Shown here piece after piece: positions 30,850-42,293 of a DNA stretch of 64,000 nucleotides (positions are counted from its first letter, which is position 1; each line of letters opens with the position of its first letter). This DNA comes from Candidatus Bathyarchaeota archaeon. GTDB lineage: Archaea > Thermoproteota > Bathyarchaeia > Bathyarchaeales > Bathycorpusculaceae. Both the position numbers and the translations under genes were made by a program. Where the stretch lies: positions 384,001 through 448,000 of the forward strand of contig CAVRFW010000009.1 in NCBI GenBank assembly GCA_963720565.1, given 5' to 3'. The notes under the pieces were generated by a model, which was not told the origin of the DNA, made no database searches, and worked only from the letters and a program-made list of their open reading frames with translations.

Positions 30850-31665
30850 TTAAGAAAAGAGAAGAAGACCTAGTGATGGCAACAAACTTAGTGCTGTGGG
30901 AATAGGAAGTCCTGGAAAGCGAGACTGTTTTGCAGCTACTTTCATCGTGATGTAAGAGCCTATCAGAACAAGCACGAGCGATAGGATTCCTGGGTAGATT
31001 CCGAAGTATATTGAGGTGTTTGCAGTAATAATTGAGTAGCAAATTAGGTCTCCTATTCCGATACCCCACTCTGTGGTTGAGAAGGTCAATTGCTGAAGTA
31101 TTTCCTCATATTTCAATTCGCCGAATGATTTCTGAATTGATTTGTTTAAGACTAGAATCGTGTCGGCAATTGAAAACGCAATTAGAACTCCCAAAACTAG
31201 TGAAGTCGGCATTATGACTCCTATGAGTGCTCCAAAAGCTCCGCTGGAAATTACAAATAGTCTATTTCTCTCTCTCACCGGGAGATTGCCAATGAAAACA
31301 AGAAATGCGCCAAACATGCCGACGAAAGTCGCTGCCGCCGGAACCAGTAGCAGAAGCTGAGAATCTGATCCCGTCATGATGAACACAAGCCTCGACACAA
31401 GCAGTATGGAGTAACATCCTGCCAGAATGTAAAAAGACGCCAATACTCTCACGGCAATCTCTTTGCCTGTTTTGACCGCGCGAAGAAAAAGGTACAAGAT
31501 AACAACTGTCGAAACTGCCATTATGAATAGGTTGACTGGCGAGAAAACTTCAAAGTTGAAAAGTGAGAGCAAAGAGTCTTTATTGTAGGGTTGCGAAACC
31601 AGCACTAACTGCGAAAAAACTATAGCTATAAGAATCGTGAAGAAAATTGGAAGTGCAAAACTCAT
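30850..31665 (-). CDS. Presenilin/A22-like intramembrane aspartyl protease
   Basis: Multi-TM; (A)D, GIGIGD and PGLP motifs. Confidence 0.7.
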   Translation of the reverse strand: MSFALPIFFTILIAIVFSQLVLVSQPYNKDSLLSLFNFEVFSPVNLFIMAVSTVVILYLFLRAVKTGKEIAVRVLASFYILAGCYSILLVSRLVFIMTGSDSQLLLLVPAAATFVGMFGAFLVFIGNLPVRERNRLFVISSGAFGALIGVIMPTSLVLGVLIAFSIADTILVLNKSIQKSFGELKYEEILQQLTFSTTEWGIGIGDLICYSIITANTSIYFGIYPGILSLVLVLIGSYITMKVAAKQSRFPGLPIPTALSLLPSLGLLLFS

Positions 31666-31898
31666 TTTGCCTGTCTTGTAGGAGCAGAACGATTTGGAAA
31701 AACTAAATTCTGCCACACAAATCTGCCCACAAATACTTCTTTGTGGATTGTCATTAACTTTTCTATTAATCAGGACATCCAAAGCTACCTGCGGTTTTCT
31801 TCGAGCACAAGCACGGCAGGAGAGGTTTCAAGAGAGCTCTGAAAAAGCTAATTTAAGAGTGGTCGAGATAGTGAGGCTTATTCCCGGCTGATTTGCCC

Positions 31899-33023
31899 AT
31901 GAAGAGAATACTGCTAGTAACCTTTCTGAATTTCTTCGTTTCGGGAGGACTAACATTAGCGATTCCATTATTGCTTCTAGAACAAAACGTCGACTTGATA
32001 AACATCAGCATCGTGATATCTGTTTTGCCTTTGTTTTTCCTAGTAATCCGCTTAGTTCTAGCTTTAGCAGCGGATCTCAAGGGTTGGAGTCGATTTTACC
32101 TCTTGCTAAACTGGCCTGCAAGCATAATATCGACGTTGATTTATTTCGTTGCAACATCCGTTCCCGTCTTTCTCTTGGGAAAAGTGGTTGAAGCAATCAG
32201 AGAATCGTCCTACTGGGCTGTAAATCGGACAGCCATTTTTTCCTTATCTCCGGGACGAGAGGAAAAAGAAGCTACAAGAAACACTGCTGTTTTACTGCTT
32301 TCAACAGCTATAGGCAGCGCAGTGGCAGGCCTCGGGCTGTCATATATTGGATCTCCGCATACGCTAACCATTTTTGTCGTGGTTTCCGCCTTGATTGGGG
32401 TTCCTGCTGCGATGCTGTGGAAGATTCCAAAACAGAATCAGGTTACTTCTTCCAGAGTGAAGACTCTAATCAATTTAAGAGGCCGAGGCAGAATGTTCTG
32501 GTTTGTTTCACTGATAATGCTCTTTTACAGCTTGGCTAGATACCCGCTGATTACTCTGCTCCTGCCAGTTTTCATGTCTCAGCAATTGGGCTTAAGCTAC
32601 ACTACGATAGGACTAGCCTTCATGCTCTACAATGTCATAGCATCAATCGTAGTTGTTATCACTTTGAGATTTTCACTCAGCGCTAAACGAGCAATACTGC
32701 AAAGCCTTATTGCTCTCCTTGCCTCGGTGTTTATGGCTATCTCAAACGGCTATTTCCTGCTGCTCTTTTTCGCGTTAGCTTTTACAGAAGGGCTTGGAAC
32801 AGGTTTTTACGAATCCATAATTGCAAAAGCAACCAAGAAGGGATCAAGCGTGTCATTCGATATAGGACTACTACACTTGCCGAGGCGGTTTGCAGAGTTC
32901 GCTTCTGTCCTGTATGCTGGAGCTATAGCTCAATTTGCCGGGTATCTGCCAGTCTTTGTCTTCTGCGGAGTTTTCTTCGCTATCTTCTCTTTTCTATCGT
33001 TACATTTCCTCAAAAGCGCATGA
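31899..33023 (+). CDS. MFS transporter
   Basis: About 12 TM; ADLKG loop. Confidence 0.8.
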   Translation: MKRILLVTFLNFFVSGGLTLAIPLLLLEQNVDLINISIVISVLPLFFLVIRLVLALAADLKGWSRFYLLLNWPASIISTLIYFVATSVPVFLLGKVVEAIRESSYWAVNRTAIFSLSPGREEKEATRNTAVLLLSTAIGSAVAGLGLSYIGSPHTLTIFVVVSALIGVPAAMLWKIPKQNQVTSSRVKTLINLRGRGRMFWFVSLIMLFYSLARYPLITLLLPVFMSQQLGLSYTTIGLAFMLYNVIASIVVVITLRFSLSAKRAILQSLIALLASVFMAISNGYFLLLFFALAFTEGLGTGFYESIIAKATKKGSSVSFDIGLLHLPRRFAEFASVLYAGAIAQFAGYLPVFVFCGVFFAIFSFLSLHFLKSA

Positions 33024-33140
33024 AGTATGCACCAAGCCAACTGCTATTAACATTCAACATCTGGATAGTGGATTGTTCGCCTCAGTGGACAACTTAATAG
33101 TTTGATGCTTCTATACCTTAATCATTTAGGCCGTGAAGAA

Positions 33141-33842
33141 ATGTCCGCAAGCAAAATAAGAGGTAAACCAAGTGATTCTGGCAAAGGTAAGTCCAGTTCC
33201 AAACCCTACTCCGTCAAGCTCGTACCTGCAGAACTCCATCCTAAAAGGGAATCACTAGTTTCTTCAGGGACTTCAGGTGAAATTCACAATTGTGGTCAGT
33301 TGCTGGTGATTGTTGGCATGCCTGGTGCAGGAAAATCAGTGGTCGTAGAGCATCTTCACAGCAAGGGCTGGACCGTCGTGCACTTTGGGGGCATTACTAT
33401 GCGGGAACTGGAAAAGCGCAGTCTTGCCGTTAACGAATCAAACGAACGGGCAGTTAGGGAAGAGCTAAGAAGAACCTACGGGATGGCAGCTTTTGCCAAA
33501 CTTTCAATTGATGATGTAAGAAATGGTCTCGCAAAAGGCCCCACTGTAATTGACGGTTTGTACTCTTGGTCAGAGTACAAGTTCATCAGAAACGAGTTGT
33601 CCAAAAAATTATGTGTTATCGCAGTCTTTACGTCAAAACACATTCGCTATGAGAGGCTACTACACAGAGAAGTCCGTCCACTTTCCTACGAAGAAGCAGA
33701 AGCCCGCGATTTTGCAGAAATCGAGAACCTTGAAAAAGGTGGACCAATAGCAATGGCTGATTTCACCCTCCCCAATGACGGTTCCTTGAAAACACTCTAT
33801 TCAAACATCGACAAACTCTTGAATTCATTATCCCAAAAATAG
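33141..33842 (+). CDS. P-loop kinase, dephospho-CoA kinase-like (UPF0200-type)
   Basis: GMPGAGKS, IDG, RD..E...GGPIAMAD. Confidence 0.8.
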   Translation: MSASKIRGKPSDSGKGKSSSKPYSVKLVPAELHPKRESLVSSGTSGEIHNCGQLLVIVGMPGAGKSVVVEHLHSKGWTVVHFGGITMRELEKRSLAVNESNERAVREELRRTYGMAAFAKLSIDDVRNGLAKGPTVIDGLYSWSEYKFIRNELSKKLCVIAVFTSKHIRYERLLHREVRPLSYEEAEARDFAEIENLEKGGPIAMADFTLPNDGSLKTLYSNIDKLLNSLSQK

Positions 33843-33932
33843 ATTGACAGCAGCGCGAATTGCGTTCCATGGTAATTTGAAAAAGCGGCTATTCGGGGAA
33901 TTGTTTTTATTGAACTCTTGATATTCTAAGAG

Positions 33933-33991
33933 AAGGAAAAAAGAAGGATTCGGTTCGGCTCACCTCCTACCGAGTCCTTTCTTTTTTCCTT
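33933..33991. terminator. 22-bp hairpin between convergent genes, possibly a bidirectional terminator
   Basis: AAGGAAAAAAGAAGGATTCGGT / ACCGAGTCCTTTCTTTTTTCCTT, 14-nt loop. Confidence 0.55.
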
Positions 33992-34150
33992 TTTGTGTGC
34001 TTATCCTCATTAATGCAGTTATTGTGTACACTCAATACAAGTAGTGAGTGGTTTTTGCTCAATCCAGTTTTGAACGTTTGTTCTTTAGGGAGAGTTTGTA
34101 GGCGCATTATGGCAGGCACAGGCACTTGTCGTTGCTGGCGAAACGGTGGC

Positions 34151-35377
34151 TTACAGAATGAATGGAATTACAGCAATCAGTAGTACAACCGTAATGAGCG
34201 TAACTGTGACTGCAATGGTTATTCTGTGGACGGTTTTTTCCCCTACCCTCCGACCCAATACGTACTCGAGCATAATATTGAACATTCTACCTCCGTCCAT
34301 AGGGTATATGGGCAGTGCATTGAATACTGCGACGTTAACGTTGACAAACCACAACCAAAATAAGATGTTTGCATAAACATGCCATGGCTCACCTAACCAA
34401 TGAGAATAGAGTGGTGCCGCTGAATCCGAGAAAGGCACTAGACCTGGAGCAAGTGCTGGTGGAACCAAGTAAAGGGAGAGGGATGAGAGGGAGAAATTCT
34501 GATAGTAACTTAATCGCTCTCTGGTCATCAACTCGCTCAAGTTGACTCCCATGATTGCGCGACCATCGGATTCAACCAGTTCTACAGAGGTGGAAAACAG
34601 GTTGTCCCACTTTTCTCCTCTGACCACTGTCAAGTTTATTTCGTCTCCAGGAATCTTGCTATCAAGCAAAGCCTTCAGCTGTTCATAATTGGAAATCTGG
34701 ACACCGTCAGCAGAGACAAAAACGTCTTTCGCCAATATCCCTGCTTGATCAGCGGGCATACCATCAATAACATCGTAAACGTAAACCCCGTCGACGACTG
34801 GGGTTAAACCGTTTACAATTAGGAGGACACCAAGAATGCATACCACGGCTACGACAATGTTTGCACCTACCCCTGCAGCCATTACTCTCAAGGAGTTCCT
34901 CGGTCTAGCTCTGGCGATCTGCGTTTCATCAACGTCAACAAAAGCGCCTATGGGAATGAAGATTAGAAAAAGGAGACCGCTTGATTTTACTCTTAAACCT
35001 AAATTCCTTGCGATAACGCCATGTGCTATTTCGTGAATCGTCATTGCACAGATAATTGCGAGCCAACCGTAGAATACTGGAAGAACAGGATTTATGCCTG
35101 GTAGTAGAAGATAGGCTCCTGGACCGAGTGTGCGACTTATTTCTCTGACTGCGGGTGCTCCCAAAACTGTAACCAGGCTACTAAAGAGCATGAAAAGGCC
35201 TATTCCAGCTACGATTGGGACAATTATCGGCGATAGCCAAGACAGTGCTCCTGAAATTCGTAACGCGCCAAATCTGTTAAAAAACCCTGTAAGCTTCTGT
35301 GTTCTGAGCGTCAAAATGGGAAAACTGAATTCAATTGCACTCTGTTTCTCTTCATTCTGTATTGCTGCATCGCTCAA
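34151..35377 (-). CDS. Site-2 protease (M50) with PDZ domain
   Basis: HEIAH, GAFVD, NALPIYPMDGG. Confidence 0.92.
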   Translation of the reverse strand: MSDAAIQNEEKQSAIEFSFPILTLRTQKLTGFFNRFGALRISGALSWLSPIIVPIVAGIGLFMLFSSLVTVLGAPAVREISRTLGPGAYLLLPGINPVLPVFYGWLAIICAMTIHEIAHGVIARNLGLRVKSSGLLFLIFIPIGAFVDVDETQIARARPRNSLRVMAAGVGANIVVAVVCILGVLLIVNGLTPVVDGVYVYDVIDGMPADQAGILAKDVFVSADGVQISNYEQLKALLDSKIPGDEINLTVVRGEKWDNLFSTSVELVESDGRAIMGVNLSELMTRERLSYYQNFSLSSLSLYLVPPALAPGLVPFSDSAAPLYSHWLGEPWHVYANILFWLWFVNVNVAVFNALPIYPMDGGRMFNIMLEYVLGRRVGEKTVHRITIAVTVTLITVVLLIAVIPFIL

Positions 35378-35670
35378 CGATTACATCATACCTTTACGCT
35401 TCAAACATGCCGCACCCAAAGATATAGGCTTCGCAGTATTTCACTACAAATCTACCATTCTCTATAAAACTATACCTGGACTAATTCGGAAAAGACCTTG
35501 AGCACAGATTTTGTGCTAGCAATGGCAAAAATAATTTTCCATACATGCATTTCAATAAATGGATGTACGAGTGTTTGCTATCGAATCGTTGTTGACCAAA
35601 AGAAAAATGAAAAGATGTAAAAGATACAATAATTCAAATGTTTTCAAGCTGCTAGGTCAAGGGAAGGTTC

Positions 35671-36468
35671 ATGACTAAAGTCTATTATTCCGAGAAACTG
35701 GGACGAAGAGCCTTTGCCTTAAGAATTCTAGAGGTTTTCAAAAAGCCCCTGGAAAAGGCTGAGAAAGTTTTCGTTAAGCCGAATATCGTGTCCTACGAGA
35801 CTTATCCAACAACCACTCATCCCGAAATTCTTGACGCTGTTCTGGGGGGCTTAGGAAATCGCAACATAGTTGTTGGTGATGCTCCGGCAGTAGACGCAGG
35901 TAGGTCTAAGAAAATCATGGAGAAATCTCCACTTAGAGAAATCTGCTTATCGCATGGGGTTAGTTTTGTAAACCTATACTCAGAGAAGATGACAAGTATA
36001 GAAAGCGAGAGGGGTTACCGACTTAGAATGTCCGCCTTACCTTTAGCTTGCGATCTCGTTATTTCTCTTCCTGTCTTAAAAGTTCATTTTATGTGCGGTT
36101 TGAGCGGAGCATTGAAGAATCAGTTTGGCTACCTAAGTCGGACAGATAGAATCTTGATGCACAGCCGAATCAAGAATATCGATAAAGGCATTGCAGAGTT
36201 GAATAAAGCTGTTCCAACGAGTATCTACATCGTAGATGCAGTGGAAACTATGGTGAAAGCCCAAGAATGTCGACACGGTGGATGTCCAACTGATTTAGGA
36301 GTTATGCTTGGTGGAACTGACCCCGTGAGCTTAGACTGTTATGGTCTTCAATTGCTTGAGAGGGTCGAACCAGCCTTTAAGGAAATGAAACAAAAATGTT
36401 TAAAGTACATTGACTACGCTTCGGAGATAGGTGTCGGCAGCAAAGACTTCGAATTAACAAAACTCTAA
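35671..36468 (+). CDS. DUF362 family protein
   Basis: VKPN, TTHP, PVLKVH, GALKN.FG, DPVSLD. Confidence 0.85.
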   Translation: MTKVYYSEKLGRRAFALRILEVFKKPLEKAEKVFVKPNIVSYETYPTTTHPEILDAVLGGLGNRNIVVGDAPAVDAGRSKKIMEKSPLREICLSHGVSFVNLYSEKMTSIESERGYRLRMSALPLACDLVISLPVLKVHFMCGLSGALKNQFGYLSRTDRILMHSRIKNIDKGIAELNKAVPTSIYIVDAVETMVKAQECRHGGCPTDLGVMLGGTDPVSLDCYGLQLLERVEPAFKEMKQKCLKYIDYASEIGVGSKDFELTKL

Positions 36469-36472
36469 CCTT

Positions 36473-37702
36473 TCAATTATCGTTGCCTTTTCCAGCAGAA
36501 ACGAGGAGTGCCATGAGGTATTCATTTTCTACTAGGCCAAATGCGCCTTTCTTCGCAGAGAACTCGTCAAACTTGCGAACACCATCCGAGTCCAAAAAGG
36601 GAGAACGGATGGCAAACGGCACTGGGTCTCTGGTATGCGTTCCAATCCTTATCGGAGTGGCGTGATCTGGTAGCACCGCAATTGCATATGGTTCTTTCAA
36701 ACCACTTAGAATTCTGCCTACTACCTTCTTGTCGAAGTCTTCTATTGCCTTAATTTTTAAGTTGACGTCTTTCTCATGTCCCGCTTCATCGGGAGCTTCA
36801 ACATGCACGAAGACCAAGTCATTTTCCTCAAGAGCTTTGAGTGCGGCGTCTGCTTTGCCTTCATAATTCGTGTCATACAAGCCTGTGGCTCCAGGAACAC
36901 TAATTATCTTCATTCCAGCATAGATTCCGATTCCTTTCACCAAATCAACAGCTGATATTACTGCTGCATCCAAACCGTATTTCTTCTTGAATGAAGGCAA
37001 GGACGGTTTCCTGCCTCCTCCCCAAGGCCAAATCATGTTTCCAGGCTTCTTGCCTGCTTTTTGTCGGGCAATGTTGACGGGATGGGATTCCAGAACCCTT
37101 TTTGACTCAAGAATTTTTTCTTTCAGCAGTGATGTTGTCTTCTCTGCTTCTTCCGACTTGGTTTTCGGAAGTATGTTTGAGATATAGGCGCCTATTGCGT
37201 CATGGGGTGGTGTGCACTCAACCAGATTGGAAAAGGGGGAATTCCGCAGAATAAGAAAATGTCTGTAGTCCAGCCCGGAGAAAAACTCAAGTCCATCAGT
37301 TTTCAGGGAAACTTGTAAAGCTCCTATTAGTGAGGAAGCTTCTCTGCTGGTAATGTGGCCGGCAGAGTAATCAACCAGAACTCCGTCATTCTCTGTTACC
37401 AAGTTGCATCTGAAAGCCATATCGTTTTGTCTCAACTTGATTCCTCTCGCAGCAGCTTCGAAAGGTCCCCTGCCTGTGTAAAACCGCTTAGGATCGTATC
37501 CTAGCACCGAAAGAATTGCAACATCAGAGCCGGGGTTCAAGTCTTCGGGCACAGTTCTAAGGAGACCATTTTTTCCATTAGCTGCCACCGCGTTCAAGTT
37601 GGGCGTATTTGCTTTTTGAAGGGGAGTCAAATTTCCAAGTTCAGGGATAGGATAATCAGCCATTCCATCCCCCACTATAAGCACATACTTCATTTTGCCC
37701 AT
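36473..37702 (-). CDS. apgM: Cofactor-independent phosphoglycerate mutase, archaeal type
   Basis: [35 protein letters not shown]. Confidence 0.92.
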   Translation of the reverse strand: MGKMKYVLIVGDGMADYPIPELGNLTPLQKANTPNLNAVAANGKNGLLRTVPEDLNPGSDVAILSVLGYDPKRFYTGRGPFEAAARGIKLRQNDMAFRCNLVTENDGVLVDYSAGHITSREASSLIGALQVSLKTDGLEFFSGLDYRHFLILRNSPFSNLVECTPPHDAIGAYISNILPKTKSEEAEKTTSLLKEKILESKRVLESHPVNIARQKAGKKPGNMIWPWGGGRKPSLPSFKKKYGLDAAVISAVDLVKGIGIYAGMKIISVPGATGLYDTNYEGKADAALKALEENDLVFVHVEAPDEAGHEKDVNLKIKAIEDFDKKVVGRILSGLKEPYAIAVLPDHATPIRIGTHTRDPVPFAIRSPFLDSDGVRKFDEFSAKKGAFGLVENEYLMALLVSAGKGNDN

Positions 37703-37886
37703 CTTACTCTTACCTTGACCCTGTTTCCCAGCGGTGGTTAACAAGCCTTTCGATTTGCTTCCAAACGTATCCGCTTCTCCTATTTATCTACATTTTTCTG
37801 CCTTGCATGCGGTTAGTTTTCGATTAGTGTGAACCGAAAAAACTTAAGTGCTCACTACAACTTCTCCTAAAGAAAGAGGCTAAAAC

Positions 37887-39136
37887 ATGGAGCCTACAGC
37901 TAATCGGGAATCGTTTAGGCAGTATCTGTCTTTCCTTCTTGGCCAGCAGTTCTCGTTGCTTGGTTCGTCAGTCGTCCAATTCGCCATAATTTGGTGGATA
38001 ACCATCGAAACTGGCAATCCACTCTATCTGTCTCTCGCAGCTCTAGTAGGCTTTGCTCCAATTGTAGTCTTGGCGCCTTTCACTGGTGTGCTTGTTGACC
38101 GTTTGAATCGCAAGACTGTAATAATGTTGGCTGATTTCTGCCAGTCACTAGCTACAATTGGTCTTATACTTGTTTTCTGGCTTAATTTTGTTTCAATCTA
38201 TGTTGTTCTGGTGCTCCTTACTGTTCGGGGGATTTTCCAGGCTTTTCATGCACCAGCTGTGTCTGCAATTGTACCATCAATGGTGCCTAAAGACAAACTG
38301 AGCCGAATCAATGGCCTTGAATACGTCTTGAACGGCGCAGTCCAACTTGGGGGCCCCATCATCGCGGCGCTTCTGCTGTCTTTCGTTGATATTGAACAAG
38401 TGCTTTGGATTGACCCAATCACCTTCTGCGTGGCCATCGCAGTCTTGATTTTCATCCGAATACCCTCTGTGAGGGAGCACACTGAGAGGTCTTCTTTCAA
38501 GAATGATTTTTTGGAAGGTCTCTCGTATGTAAAAGCTGTGCGAGGATTGATTCCGCTGATATTTCTAGCCACAGCACTCAACTTCTTGATAACACCTTTT
38601 TCCACCCTTCTTCCTTACTTTGTCAGATTTAGTCACTCCGGAGGTGTCGGTGATTTGGCTTTGGTAGAGGCCTTCCTTCAAGGGGGGTTTTTTGCGGGCG
38701 GCGCGGTTATGCTCTTGACAAAGGGCTTCAGTAACAAAATTGCAGCGTTTACGGGGTCGATACTTGTCGCTTTTGTTGGGTATGCAGCTATTTCTTTCAC
38801 TCCTACGGGATATTTCTTGTTCATGGCTGCTGCAGCTCTTGTCTTCACTGTGCCTATTCCAATAGCAAATGTTTCAGTTAGAACGGTTCTTCAAACAGTT
38901 GTCCCTCTAGAAATGCAGGGTCGAGTAATGTCCGTTGTAATCTCGCTATCATCGCTTGCGACGCCACTAGGTATGATTCTTTCCGGTGTTTTTGCAACAT
39001 ACGTGGAACATCAAATCTATTTTTGGCGTGCGCTTTAACGGGAATGGTAGTGACCGTTTCATCCTGGTACCTCACAGGCATTCGACATGTTGAGAATATG
39101 CAGGAAAGAAGAGAGTCAACTATGCAAAGAACTTAA
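37887..39136 (+). CDS. MFS transporter (DHA3/macrolide-efflux-like), frameshift near 39005
   Basis: GQQFSLLGS, DRLNRK, QGRV; last TM continues in another frame to TAA 39136. Confidence 0.85.
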
Positions 39137-39162
39137 AAACAGATCATGACAACTCCTAAAGC

Positions 39163-39927
39163 ATGAGCGACGGAAACATACCTCCACCTCCACGATTTCC
39201 CGTTTTTCCACCAAGACGCCCACCACAAATGCCGCCCCGAACTAGGCCACCCCCTACCAAACAACCCGTCACGAAACAACCTATCAAGCAGGAACCTGCA
39301 AAGCAACAACCAACTGGACCAATTCCCAGTCGTTTTCCCTTCAAAGTTGGAATATCTGTGTTTGGCACTCCCTCTTACTTCAATATCGACGATGCAATAT
39401 CCGAATTCCAGAATTTCGTTCAAGCAAACAGCAAACTAGACCTGAAAATTACTATAACCAAGCATCCGAGACTGGCGCCGGATGAGATTCACGTTATACC
39501 TGGAACAGGCGGACGCTCATTTGCTGACCCCAAATATCTAAAACCGGAAACACGCGCAAAACTGCCATCTGACGCTGCTGTAAAAATAGCAATATATGAC
39601 CTGCAAAACACAACCACTTATTGGGGAGGAGCGACCTATCCGGCCTCAACTCTGATAAACGTACCCTATATCGGAATTCCATTCGGAGAATCTATAAGAA
39701 GTTGGGGAGTAGAAGCCAACTGGAAAACGCGAACAGCAACAGCCCTAGTTCATGAATTCTATCATGCAATCAAGCAAATCCTAACACGGAAAGGACACAA
39801 ACTGCCAAACCCTGACAAAGCAAACGATTATGGATACACTACCGCAAACGACCCTGGATGGATCAGATTCGACAAGTATCTCTATGGGCAGCTCACAGAT
39901 GCCATGTATCTATCATTGATCCAATAA
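39163..39927 (+). CDS. Zincin-like metallopeptidase with Pro-rich N-terminus
   Basis: LVHEFYH (HExxH); PPPPRFPVFPPRRPP leader. Confidence 0.6.
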   Translation: MSDGNIPPPPRFPVFPPRRPPQMPPRTRPPPTKQPVTKQPIKQEPAKQQPTGPIPSRFPFKVGISVFGTPSYFNIDDAISEFQNFVQANSKLDLKITITKHPRLAPDEIHVIPGTGGRSFADPKYLKPETRAKLPSDAAVKIAIYDLQNTTTYWGGATYPASTLINVPYIGIPFGESIRSWGVEANWKTRTATALVHEFYHAIKQILTRKGHKLPNPDKANDYGYTTANDPGWIRFDKYLYGQLTDAMYLSLIQ

Positions 39928-40524
39928 CTGTCGGTCGAAAAGGTTGCGTTTAGAAGTCTTAGCAGACCGACAATTGGATATCGGAGGAACAAAGTTAATT
40001 TTGCATTTCGAGTGGAAACTCTGGCGACTGACTCATCTGTTCAAATACTGTTCAAACAGAACTCGAAATTGCAAAGTTGTCGAGCAACAAGACTTCTATT
40101 TACTTAACATAATAGAAAAATTCTATGTCATCTCACAAAGAAACTCTCAGCGAGGATATTTTCATCAAAGAACTTGACAAGAGAAAACAGGCAAAAATTC
40201 GAAGAGTCCGTCTTGGCATTCTTGCGAAAGAGAAGAAGCGTTGACGGTAATGTGTACACAACTGAAAAAATCGCAAAATAAACTGGCTTGAGTGTTCATT
40301 CGGTAGGGTTTGTGCTGAAAACAGGTCTCTTGTACAAGAAATGGGTTGAATGGGTCGAACACAAAGGCGTTGACTATTTCAGAGCCACATCATAAAGCTC
40401 TTCAGGTAGTCAACTAAATACTATAACCAAGAATTATTGCAAGTTGAGACTCAGCTTCAGCCAAAATTCAGTTCATCCACAGGTATGGTCATTGTCTACT
40501 TTTGAATAGTATGCGAATTTATTG

Positions 40525-41665
40525 TTAAGCCAGGATTCCGTTCTTCATTATTTCTGTTGTTTTGCCGTCAGAGAATGATACAGTAATTGTCGGTTTGTCA
40601 ACTAGCAAGTCAACGTGGCATCTGATGTTGCCTGGAGCCAAATGGCATGTTCCTCTTAGTTTCTCATCTTCCAGCATGTTCCCGGTTATTCTCGCTTTGT
40701 CGTTTAGGCCTATTCCAACTTCCTCGAGAACTGTTGGCAAACCATATTTCTTCTGGGAAAACGTTATGTCTTCTTTGATGCAATCAAGAGCTCTATCTTC
40801 GCATTGAATATTCGGTTAAGATGCCATTTTTGAACTGGGCGATTATCGGCATGTCTGGGTTTATTTTTCCTGCGTAGCCACCGGCTGTAACGTCACAGAC
40901 CACCCTGCCATTTGCCTTTTGTCTAACAGGGTAATGGTGGTGTTCTTCTTTCCCGTTTTCCTTGTTTAGCAGCGTGATGATTTCACTTTTTTCTGACCAC
41001 ACTTCACCGACAGGGAGGTTGCCAAATTTTCCAGGTTGACCGTAGACATTGGGGGGGACAATAATGCAGTCTGTGTCAAACTTGACTTCTTTTGGAACCT
41101 CTACTTCTATGTCTGTGCCTCTGGGTGCAGTTATTCGGATCTTCTCAGTGCCTTGCAGTTTCCGCAGCATAGTCTCTGCTTCCTCAGACATTTTTCTGTA
41201 GTTGCACTGGAGCGGACCGTTTATTGCCATGTCAAGTGTTATGCCTGGAGAATGCCCCCAACTTATGGGGATCTGTTCGATGGTCTGGTGAAGTAATTCT
41301 ATTCTAGCGCCAACCTCTTTCAGGTTCCATTCGGGATTATGGCTGTAGTCAAAGAGACCTATTCCAGCTGTCGGAGTGTTTTTTTGAAGTAGATCTAGAA
41401 GTTTTTTTGGAAAATGCTTGTAGGGTTTTTCTGCAGTTAAATCGAAGGTTTGTGTGCTTAGCTTGCAGTTCTCTGCTGCCTTCTGTGCTGCCTGCGAGAG
41501 TGCGGTCGAGTTTCGGTTCACAATAAGGTATTTGTCGTGGGGTTTTAGTTTTTGGCAGTGTTGCATGAATTCTTCAAATTTTTTGACGACTTTGTTGAAG
41601 TCTTTTTCGTCAATTTTAGACAACTCAAACAACCTCTCAGATAGTGTGCCCTTTGTAGCTTTCAA
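40525..41665 (-). CDS. M29-like aminopeptidase, frameshift near 40800
   Basis: GNLPVGEV; EVGIGLN..A...DEK..GTCHLA...HVD in downstream frame. Confidence 0.75.
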
Positions 41666-41743
41666 TAGATAGGGTGCACGAAGTTAGAGTTAACATGATG
41701 TTACGGGTTCTGTGAAAGCCAAGATGCTCTGGTGAACGTTTGG

Positions 41744-42160
41744 TTATTCTCTTTGTCCGTATTTCTTCCTTTCGCATTCCGGACAGTATCTGTGTCTAAA
41801 TCCTCTTTTTGACTGGGCTTCGAAAAGTTTTCCGCAGCCACGACAAGGTCTTTGGTTAAGGGGTTGTGGTTCAAGTTGCTTCAGCCTTCTTTCAATTTCA
41901 GCTTTGATTTCGGAATCATCTTCCTTTCGCAAAGCACCGTTGAGCAACTTCTTGGCCAATTCTGAACTTTTTTCGCCAAACATTTTCACGAAAACGCTTG
42001 GCGCTTTGCCATCCGCACTCACTCGCAACGGGAGCATGCAAACAAAGTTCGCAGGATAATCTGATGCTCTCTCCAAGTCGACAACGGCAAAGCGAATGCG
42101 TTTCCCGGTTGAATAGTCCTTCAGATTATCGTGTTTAAAAATGTGTAAACTAGTCCTCAT
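41744..42160 (-). CDS. Hypothetical protein with C-terminal Zn finger
   Basis: CRGCG...YCPEC. Confidence 0.75.
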   Translation of the reverse strand: MRTSLHIFKHDNLKDYSTGKRIRFAVVDLERASDYPANFVCMLPLRVSADGKAPSVFVKMFGEKSSELAKKLLNGALRKEDDSEIKAEIERRLKQLEPQPLNQRPCRGCGKLFEAQSKRGFRHRYCPECERKKYGQRE

Positions 42161-42293
42161 TCTTATCCGTCATGAAGAAATGCGTTCCATTTGCTTAATA
42201 TGAGTTGCTGTTAGAACTCTTGTTTCTTGTTTCTTTAGAAAGCTGTTGGCTGTAACGGGCGTATCCAGGAACCGTAAGGGCGTTGTATCTTAC

